NCBI GenBank assembly: GCA_009914755.4
Contig: CP068257.2
Location: 28,448,001 to 28,512,000, forward strand
Source: the human T2T-CHM13v2.0 reference genome, Homo sapiens
Reading direction: 5' to 3'
Length of the DNA stretch: 64,000 nt
Made by a program: the position numbers and the translations under genes. Every line of letters begins with the position of its first letter. The first letter of the stretch is position 1. The notes under the pieces are model-generated. The model was not told where the DNA came from and searched no databases. It saw only the letters and a program-made list of their open reading frames with translations. This document shows, piece after piece, positions 52,921-64,000 of this stretch.

Positions 52921-53510
52921 GTACTGATTTACGAAATAGGCAGACAAATGGAACAGAATAGAGAACCTAGAAATAAAGCCACATACTTACAGCCAACTGT
53001 TCTTCAACAAAGCAAACAAAAACATAAATTGGGAAAGGACACTCTATTCAATAAATTGTACTGTGAAAACAGGCAAGCCACATGCAGAAGAATGAAACTG
53101 GATCCCCATCATTCACCTTTTATAAAAATCAACTCAGGATGATTTAATAACCAAATTAACAATTTTTTTCCCAAACTTCTAGCTCAAGTTTGGCATCAAA
53201 GATTTAAAATGAAGGCCTGAAACCATAAAAATTTTCAAAGATAACAGTGGAAAAATTCTGGACATTGGCATGGACAAATAATTCGTGACTAAGACTCCAA
53301 AAGCAAATGCATCAAAAACAATAAACAAATGATTCCTAATTAAACTAAAAGTTTCTGCAGAGCAAAATAAATAATCAGCAGAGTAAACAGGCAACCCACA
53401 GAATGGGAGAAAATATTTGCAAACTATGTATCTGTCAAAAGACTAATATCCAGAATCTACAAAACACTCAAACAAATCAGCAAGAAAAAAACAAGTAATC
53501 CTTTAAAAGA
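52921..53510 (+). mobile_element. L1 segment in sense orientation on the + strand, at about L1 positions 4960-5355. It abuts the antisense L1 at 52920 and looks like the inverted 5' part of that L1, as produced by twin priming. It carries a roughly 50-bp foreign insertion at 53149-53197.
   Basis: The window has aaaagaacatggtactgatttacgaaataggcagacaaatggaacagaatagagaacctagaaataaagcc…caatgggaaaggacactctattcaataaattgtactgtgaaaacaggc…gaatgaaactggatccccatcattcaccttttataaaaatcaactcaggatg…cagcagagtaaacaggcaacccacagaatgggagaaaatatttgc…ctaatatccagaatctacaaaacactcaaacaaatcagcaagaaaaaaacaag. Its right end corresponds to almost the same L1 coordinate as the right end of the adjacent antisense piece. Confidence 0.65.
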
Positions 53511-56500
53511 CTTATTTTTATTACCTAGTCTGTCATTACATAAATTAAATTGCCATCACTTACTCACAGTGTGTTATTTTCACTTGGACTTTAGAGACAA
53601 GATTCCACGTAATGAGAAGTAACAAAAATCCAAGCATAGTCTATACTGAGTGATTATCTATTTCTGCATTCCCAAGTGATACTATAATAAATGGACTTTG
53701 TCTGCATGTTATGAGCTGGCTTATACATAAGCATGGAAGTAAACCCATCCCAACTTATAAGCAAAGATGCAAATTTTACTCTCCAAACTTCCATAAGAGA
53801 GATGCAGAGAGAGAAATTTCTTTATGTGGGTTAATAGCATCATCTTTATCCTTTGTTAAAAGTTAAAAAGCATAACAGATGGATAATAGACGTCAGTGAT
53901 TTCAAATCCTGAAAAGAACCTGCTAGTCAGAGAGGTTCACTCAGCACTCGGAAATTGATGAATGAAGTAATCATTCTAGCAGCAATTGTCTTCAGCTGGT
54001 CCCATTCATAGGTATCCTATTTCTATCCTAATTTAGATTTGCTTCAGTGGCTGGCTAGATTTTTCTTTTGAAGTCACTATATATTCCCATGCGGCTCCAT
54101 TCAAATTCAAAACAATCATTATTAATATCAAATATTGGGCTATAGAAATTCTAGAAGTACTCATCTTATGCTTTATTTGAGGTACTAGACATGTCATAGG
54201 ATAGCATAGGGGAAGAACTAGTTATTCCAACTGATACTTTTTAAGTATATGCAAATTTTAAAAATATCCTGGGGAAGTGTTGAGCTATTTTTAAAAGCAT
54301 AGAAAGATTAGAGGAGCACAGAAATGTATAGAAAAACTTCTGTTGTCTGCATTTTCTAAATCACATGAACACTTTACTGAGATATGCAAATTTGAAGTGT
54401 ATTATTTTGCATGGTGGCTCACAGGGTTGCTCTCTGGAGCAACTCCTGTGATCAAAGTGACCAACATCAATGCTTATGTTAATGGATCTCCCCACCTACA
54501 ACTTGTTAAACTCCATAGAATTCCTCCATTTCAATAACTTCCACCCAGTTTCATTTTATTGTCCTTTACGTGCTGTCATACCTTGGCCCACACCATCACT
54601 TGAACTACTTTCATTCCATATCCTGTACTAGAAAATTATTTTATAACAATATCATGTACTTCATTCATTCTCTTTCCCGCATTGAACCAGATCTTCACTG
54701 TCATTATGACCTTCACTTCTTCTATAAATGTTTTTTCTTATCATCTTTGAGAACTCCCCTAGCTTTATTTCTTCATTTCCTGGTTTTCACCATGAATCAT
54801 TTCAACAATAATTTTACTAAGGACTTAGAATCAATCCCTTGTCTTCTAATAGTTTGCAATATTTTACAAATACACGCACAATCTTGAGTAAACATTATCT
54901 CATATACCTCAGCTATCAAACATTGTTGTGAGTAAAAAAGAACAATAAATGAATCATCAATAAACAACTAACAATGTCAATTCTCATAATTTAAAAAACT
55001 GGCAGCATCTTCACTTTTTCTCAGCATTCCTGTGACAATTAGCTGAGTTGATGTTTGAAAAAGACAGAATAGGCTGTGTTTTCCTTCATGAACAATCTCA
55101 AAATGTTGCTGGCTTAAAATAACAAATGCTATAGATCTCATGCTCGTTCATGTAGGTAGGGGATGGTTTTGCTGACCCAGGGAGATGGACTCTGTGCCCT
55201 TTAATAGTGCGTCTGTCACAACAAGCCTTCACGGTTCTCTACCACAAGTAATGGAAGCATAGCGCTGTGAACTAGAGGGAGAACTGAAACTTTTAGTAAT
55301 CACTAGAAATAGTTTCTACAATATTCTGATCTTTCTCATCTTTTCCAAATCTAAGATCTATTTCCCATTCTTTGCCATCTCAGTAGATAATGTTGCTCCC
55401 TATCTTATTTTGCAAACAGATGCTAAACAACTTATCACCCAATTTCTTTCCACCCCACATTTCCCTGTACATTCATTCATTTTTTTTTCTTGTTTGGCAT
55501 TCCTATAATCGTAAAGAGTTTAGAATCAGAGGCATGCATGGTTGATGTTGAAAAACAGAGAATGGCTGTTAGGAAAATAGAACTAGTTCATGAATCACAA
55601 GAGAATGAAAACTCATATATCGTAATATGATGAGGTCACTAACAAAACTGTTTAGGTGAGATGTGAAATCTGTAATCCAGGGTAGTAGTAAATGTCAGAG
55701 ACATTAAAGTAATTGAAGGCAGGGATATGGGAAGAGTAACAACTATAATTTCACCTTCACAACAGTAATCAGTGGCCCTAAAATTGTGTTTACAGTTGTT
55801 TTGGATTCTCGGATTGGGTCTACCAACACCCATTCCAACCCTTTACAGAGTTGAAAGATAGAAAACCAAATTAACAATTTTTTTCCCACGACTTCTAGCT
55901 CGAGTTTGGCATCTGATTTTGATTTTACCTTTCAGATGCATTCCCATGATACCTGGATTAGGAACTGAATCATAGAGACAGGCTTGGTGGAATGTATCCA
56001 CTTTGTTGGACAAGACCATGGAAGATGTGGCATCATCAGCATCTTTGCATTCATCAGCTCACTGTAGCAGCAGCAGCAGTTTTACCAAACATGGCCCACA
56101 CAGTGTGGTTTAACAGTCAGGAGGAGGAGCAGCAGCTACCTGATTGCCAGCTTTCTAAAGGGGAGATCACTAACTTCAACAGAAAATGAATAATTGATGA
56201 ATGGGGATTGTTTCTAGGAACTCAGTCTAATGCAGTCTCCAGGCTTTCCAACAACTCTGTAAACTCCTAAGTCCTTGTACCAAGTGTGTATTGGGCTAAA
56301 TCAGCTAACATCATTTCTATTGTTAACAACTGAACAATGACCACCATCTTGGTTGATAGAATTGGTTACATGCAACAGACCTTCAGGAAAATGGGAATTT
56401 GGAAAAGTCTACCTCAAGTATTTGGATCTGAAGGCAGTGAGAAGCCAATTAACGTTCGAAGATAGGGCAGGTATGAGATGCCAAATAAAGGCAAGTCGTT

Positions 56501-58857
56501 TATGAACAAGGTAACTACTGAAACAGACCATTATTGGAGTCTCAAGGATTAGAAAGGCTGTAAGCTTCGATGGAGAGCTCAACGTTAGAAAGTGAAAAGT
56601 CAGCATTTAAAATTTTCCACCTAAGGTGTTAGCAGAGAACTTAAAGTTTTCCAAGATCGACTTAAATAATACCTTATATTCTTTAATCTTAAAGCTGATT
56701 TGGCAAAAGTCAACTTCAGAGTCTGATTCTGTTTATTACTCAATTATAACACAAATTGAATTCATTATGTTAGATAAATCATCAGAGAAGAAGGAGACAT
56801 TAGAATTAAAATAGTGATTTGGGAATATTGAGATGACATATTAAATCTTACCAAGCCAGCCGGCAGAAACAGACCATCTTGCCTTCTGTGAAGGGACTGG
56901 GCCTGCATTGCCAAAAGACCTAGTTATAAATCATGTGTAATAGCATCTTGCACTGGGCAGCCATTTCTCTCCATGTTTTACACCTACCAGCTATCATTGC
57001 TCCCAGACCTTTAACCAGGTCATCAGGCTCCAGGGAGCAATTAAAATTCAAGCCTAGAGAGAAAAGTTATTGGCAACAGTAAAATTGCAAATTCTTTCTT
57101 TCCTAGTTTATCTCAGAGAAAAACAAAACTAAACTAAACAAAAAAAGATAGAAAGCTGGAATGTGATATAAGATCAGAAGAGACTGTGTTTTCTAACATG
57201 TTTTTACACTGATGGGAATGATTCAATGAAGAAGGTAAAAATAATAATGTATAGAAAACAGAGGGACATTTCTTGAACCCCTTCCTTAAGTGAGCAAGAA
57301 GGGATAAAATCTGGAATCTAAATACAAGGAACCTGAAACAAATAAATAGTTCATTACAACTACAAAGGAAGGCAGAGTAAGCGGCACATGCAGATGGCAA
57401 TTGTGAGCTGGAGAGTTTGTGATTCTTTTCTGATATCTTACTTTTTTTTTTCCAGTGGAGCAAGGCTCTCAGTGGAGAGTGAAGATGGAAAAGGAAATAG
57501 TGAAAATTTGAAGGCAAAAAAGATATGAACGAGTCATCCAGGAGAGTGAGAGATGAGAAAAATGGACAAGAGAAATATAAGAGACTTTCTGGCAGCAGCA
57601 AGGGTCATGAAAAAGTTAGATGACTCAAAGTACTGATGTGTCTCTCTAGACTTTGCTCAGGTGCATGGGTGCAGGTGCAGAATGGGTGGAGGGTTAGATT
57701 TAATTAGGATGGGACTTTTCCAGTTCATCACAATGAAGCAAGGGATCAGCAAGTTATCTGAGAGTGTGTGTAAGAAAGTGATTATAAAGATGGGTTAGGG
57801 ATAAGCTAGAAAGAGAAACAATGAAAGGAATGAAGTTAGTGAGGACAGGGTGAGCCCAGCTGATTATTTTGGCCCAGCCAAATGATTTTTTTCAATTGGA
57901 ACATCACAAGGAATGGATGAGAAAAATAGAATAAAGTGATTGGAGTATGGGATTCTTGAAATTTAGAGTTTGGAAAGTGTGCAATTAATGACAATGACAA
58001 AGTTTATGCTATGATTAAGAGAGGGAGTGTTAGAGATATAGTAGAAGGCAGGATCATTGGATAGGAGGAGATTTAAACAATGGAGGAACTATGGTATTAT
58101 ATTTATCATCTATGTAAATGTCAAAATCACAGGAGATTATGACAGCAGTGGAGTTCAAAGAGTGACAGTGAATAAGAAGATACAAATTTTCAAAAAATAA
58201 GGTTGAGTGTCTGAGGGGTTTATAAATGATTTTCACAAGGTGAGGGAACAGGTGGTAGAATCTGAAAACATGAGTTTTAACGTGAGGACTTTAGGAGGGA
58301 TGAAAGGATAGCGTGTGGTTGGCAGTCAGGAGTATGGAGAATCTCTACAGAACCTGCAAAGTGGTGTTTTGAGGGATGTGGGAAAGAAAACAACTTTTAC
58401 TCCACAGAACCACATTGAAATCCACGTCTTTCAGGTAGAGCCAGGCGTTAGAGCAGAAAGCCGAGGGAAACTTCAAAGAAAATAAGGAAGGTAGACAGAT
58501 AAAACAACCTGAAGATATGAGGAAGGATAGAAATACGTGTAAACAGAGCTTAGTCAAAACAAGGACATGGGCCTTGGGAGGAAGGGAGAAATTGGAAATT
58601 GTAGGCTTCTGGATATGCATATCAGACAAGGGTAAAGGAAAACAAGTGACACTCCTACCTGGCTTCAAGGTCAATTGTGTTTGTGAGACTTGGGGTGATG
58701 GAAGAAGGAGGTGAGGGTTCTTACCATGGAAGAGTTTTGGATTCCATCTTGATTCCTGCAGAGGAAAGTGTCAAGGCTAAGATGAGAGTGGTATTAATTA
58801 AAGACCATCTCTTTCTTCTTGTTTAGTTTATATTTATTCATACACCAATTTAATTAA

Positions 58858-59148
<291 letters not shown>

Positions 59149-61887
59149 AGATCAATTTTATCTTATTTTTCCTCTTTCTTCAACTATAATATATGAGTTG
59201 TACTGGTGCTGAATAGATTCATAATTAATTTAGTTCATAGGTTATGCAAGCCCAAGGTGAGGTCACACCCTAAATAAGGAGAAATAAATGTCATGAAGAT
59301 ATAGATGTAACGAGTCTCTGGGTCGTCCATTCATTGTGATGATAGGGCAAGTGCCTAGTTGGATTATTTTGGGTGAGAACACATTGTTATTGGCTGGAGT
59401 AAAAAGTTCTTATGGGTAAGTCTTAAAGAAATTAAATTGGAAATGTAAGCAGAGACCAGATAACTAAGAGCTTACTGTTATTTGACAAGTAGTTTGGACT
59501 TTATTTTGATGCTCAGGAAGAATTTGGAACGATTTTTCAGCTACAAGATGACACAGTTATTTTATTTTTCAAAGAAAGACTAATCTGACAATTGTGGATA
59601 AAGGATTTAAAAGAGAGAAGGCTAGAAGCAATGAAACTAATTGAAGTGGTAATGCAATGGTGCATGTGATAGGTTTGAAAGACTTATTTAAGAGACTGGC
59701 AGTGGAACAAGAGTCAGACACAGCTTTGAGACATATTTACAATGAAGGTGTGACAAGGATTATTAACTGACGGAATTAGAGATTACAGAAGAGGAATCCA
59801 GGAAGTCCTCAGATGTCTGTCTTATGTGACTCAGTAGATGATGGTGCCTTTCAGCAAGTTAGGAGATACATTATGAGAAGCAAAATGAAGGATAAAAACA
59901 ATTATTTCAGTCATATGTAGGTTGAATTGATAGTGCATAAAGATTGAATTGATAGTGCATGAAGATATATAGATGGATACAACTTGTAGGCAGAAATATG
60001 AGTCTAAATTTTGGAAAAATAGTCTGGGTGATGAAAGAGACTTGGGAAATTTTAGTTTATGGATGCATTTGAAGTAATTGGTTTAGACAAAATGCCTGGA
60101 GAAAGAAAGTAGAATGCAAAAAGAGAGGAAAAAAAATTTTTTTTATTAACACAATATTAAGTAGCTGTAGGAGGAAAAGAAGCTAATTGAATGAGAACAA
60201 GGAAGAATGGTGAGAAAGTTAAAAAAAAAAAAAAAAAAAGAACCAGGAGGCATTTAGAGGTGAATTATTGTTTGTGAGCATCAAAGGCTTCCTGGCAATC
60301 GTGCTAAATAAAGACTAAAGGTGTTCTTTGGATTTCGTAATCCTACCATCAGTAATTTCAAGGGCCTGGTGGCGTGGATAGTGTAAATCAGTTTGCAATA
60401 GGTAGACAACTGAATGGGAAGTTAAGACAAATACAGAACCACCATAAACTTAGGACAATTTTGGCTATAAAGGAAAGGAACATGTAATGAGAAAAGAGTC
60501 AAGAGGTTTTTTTTAATGATGAAATTAGAGTTAAGTACATTTATATGGTAACAAAAAAGACAGGGAGAAATTAAAGATCCATAATGCAAGGGAAATAATT
60601 GGTGGATGAGGTCTGAACAAAATTTAAAGGAAATAAGACTTGGGGTGTATATAAAGAGATTAGCCATGTATAAGAGAAGTGAATCTTTTTATTTGTGAAA
60701 GAATGAAGAGGAAGGAAGTTGATAAGAGTAACAAGAGAAAAACTGAGGGCTAAGAGAAGGAAGTATGACCAGTCTGATAGTCTGAGGATCAAGGGAGAGG
60801 CTCAGAAACTGAGTAAGGATAAAACATAAGGGAAGTGAAGGCAGCAAGTGACAGAGCTTTTTCACATGCAAATCCCAGGTTTCTTCTCCACCTACATTCT
60901 GACATAATTCTGGCAACGTCAGTGTAATTGTAATTGACCCATCAGCACCCATCCTTGTCAAATCTTGACTTCTTTATCCCCAGTAACTTTTATACCCTCT
61001 CCACCTGAGCAGGCCTAAGCTACATCTCATTGGTCTTTGTAAACCCAAACTAGCTCAGTGTGTGACATGAATAACCTCTCAATATACAGACATAAATAAT
61101 AAAATTTATGAATAAATTAATTAATTTTAGTATCCTATTCTCTGACCTTCGCGTACCTTTAATCAAGCAATGAAAGAATAGGGGTATGTGAAGATCAGAG
61201 AATGGGATACGGAAGTTCAGCAATGCAAAATGTAGGTGCTTGCAAGAGTTAACTAGGCGCATGTTAGAGTCAGTTAGAGGGGATGTGTAACTATTGGAGC
61301 AAGGGAGGTCAAAGCAAAGGTCAACAGATAGAACTACTGTGTTAGAGGTGCTACCTGTCCAGTGCTGAAGGTTTCTAGCATGATAATAACATGGAAGCAA
61401 CAGTGAACTAGGTGTCTAAGACTTTGAAAAATAAATAAGAAATCTTGTGAATAGATGGAGGTGATAAAGCATATGATAAACATCATAAGTCTGAGAAACA
61501 GGTGGGTTTCCTTGTCTGAAAATTTAAGTTTTGAAAGTAGCCATGGGGCACTGGGAGGAGGCTGACCACAGAGTTTAGGAGAATGACCAGCCACCGCTGA
61601 ATAGGGTGTCTGAGGCAGTGATTCCAGAGGGAGCCTAGTTCCTGACAAAGCAAGGCGGGGAATGGGGATCATACTAGGAAGAGATTCCAGTATTTGTGTC
61701 AGAGGCATCTGAACAAGAGCAACTCCATCTTGAATAGGGGCTGGGTAAAATGAGGCTGAGACCTACTGGGCTGCATTCCCAGATGGTTAAGCATTCTAAG
61801 TCACAGGATGAGATAGGAGGTTGGCACAAGATACAGGTCATGAAGACCTTGCTGATAAAATAGGTTGCAGTAAAGAAGTCAGCCAAC

Positions 61888-62297
<410 letters not shown>

Positions 62298-63721
62298 TTA
62301 CACTGTATAGTTTAAAAAGGGGAGGCATGAATAATCTGCCCCCACCCCTTGTTGAGCATATAATCAAGAAATAACCATAAAAATGGGCAACCAGCAGCGC
62401 TCAGGACTGTTCTGTCTGTGTGGTAGCCATTCTTTTATTCTTCTACTTTCTTAATGAACTTGCTTTCACTTTACTCTGTGGAATCGCCTCAAATTCTTTC
62501 TTGCATGAGATCTCTCTTGGGGTCTGGATCAGGAACTCTTTCTGGTAACATTTGAATTCCAGCAAACATAGTGAAGTCTGTTGAAAGAACAATCCACAAT
62601 GGGAAGCATCACAGGTCTACATGGAGATGAAGGTATCAGATAAATAATAATAATGACTGGAGGAACTTCCCTTTCAGGTGGTGACTAAAGATGGTGGGGT
62701 GAGAGGTATGGCAAGGTTAGCTGGCCTGGAAGTTCTGAATGTTCCTCTTGTAAATCAAAACTAAAATTCTAAGGACCCTCCAACCATCTGAATGGACTTC
62801 CTCCTCAGCCAGGGCTCTTTTAAAATTTGACCTGAGAGTCTGTTTCAGGCCATGTTGGGAAATGGGGTTCTCATTGTACCTCTCTGGCATTAACATGAAC
62901 ACAGACTTTAAGTCTGATAAGAAACATTTTATAACCTATTCTCTCTGAAGCCTACTACTACCTGAAGGCTTCCTCTGCAAATAAGAACTTGGGTCCCCAC
63001 AATCCTTTATCTTAATGTAGGCATTCCTTTCTGCTGATCCCAGGTCTTTAGACAAACTCAAACAATTGTCAGCCAGAAAATGTTTAAATGTACCTATAGC
63101 CTGGAAGCCCTCCAATTTGAGTTGTCCTGTTTTTCTAGACCAAACTCATGTATTTCTCAAATGTATTTAATTGATGTTTCATGCCTCCCTAAAATGTGTA
63201 AAACCAAGCTGCACCCCGACCACCCTGGGCACATGTTCTCAGGACCTCCTGAGGGCTGTGTCATGGGCCATGGTCACTCATATGTGGCTCAGAATAAATC
63301 TCTTCAAATATTTTACAGAGTTTCACTCTTTTTGTCGACACTCTGATATATTAATAGAATTGTTTTTGCTGCTCCAGGCAGATTCCACAGCGAGCTTCAG
63401 CAGTAGCTGGATCTGGATGGTTCTAGTGACTGGCATTTAGTCACCAACTAAGGCTGTGACTTAGATTCAAAGTAGAATCCCATCAGGAAGTTATGTTACT
63501 TCTTGAAAATTCCTTCTTTGAGTTTTTTGAAGAGGAAGTAAAAAGCCAACACAGCATAAACACAGATTTCATCAAATACTGTTAAATTATATGAATGAAT
63601 CCTCTTACACACTATTTTTACAGAGCAGGTTCCAGAATTTGAAAACATTTTTCTACTTAGAGCAACGCTTGTGCCAGCTACTTGCTAATACCTTTCTAAA
63701 TTAATTTGTATTTTTGGTTAA

Positions 63722-64000
<279 letters not shown>

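Noticed and set aside
53510-57100. Possible LTR-like or DNA-element-like sequences (for example 54350-55330 and 56820-57060)
   Set aside because: There are hints such as aataaa motifs and TG/CA edges, but I could not match any consensus from memory. It is left unannotated pending RepeatMasker.
57134-57601. 155-aa ORF on the - strand, the longest in the window
   Set aside because: It is F/L/S-rich because the + strand here is a purine and A-rich tract. It is a composition artefact with no domain similarity.

Overview
This window reads as human or primate nuclear DNA from an AT-rich, gene-poor interval. It is not a prokaryotic locus, and I could not support any protein-coding gene, rRNA, tRNA or CRISPR array. 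Recognisable interspersed repeats dominate it. There are eleven Alu copies, including a four-Alu pile-up at 23.47-24.40 kb. There are several L1 pieces: two 5'-truncated 3' ends on the + strand (one with a 15-bp target-site duplication, TSD), an old L1M on the - strand, a short L1 3' end on the - strand, and an L1 ORF1-region fragment. One L1 on the - strand carries an inverted 5' segment and hosts a full-length ERVL-MaLR (THE1/MST-like) element with a perfect 5-bp TSD. The window also holds a near full-length Tigger1 DNA transposon with transposase remnants, a MADE1 mariner MITE, MIR fragments, a MER5-like hAT fragment, an MLT1-type LTR, two copies of an unnamed old repeat family, and assorted microsatellites. 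The supplied ORF track uses non-ATG starts (e.g. GTG at about 47492). Almost all its ORFs sit inside these repeats or in low-complexity sequence, so I treated them as non-coding. The stand-out non-repeat signal is a CpG-island-like block of about 750 bp at 47.26-48.01 kb. It is embedded in CpG-poor, repeat-rich DNA and is a candidate unannotated promoter or first exon. Other points worth checking are a perfect 36-bp x3 tandem array, a 49-bp templated duplicate that links an L1 body to a site 2.7 kb away, small unique CpG-retaining blocks with splice-site-like motifs, and a MADE1 hairpin of the kind that seeds miR-548 genes. Every coordinate below was read by eye and is approximate to about 10 bp. 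Family names come from my memory of consensus sequences, not from a search.
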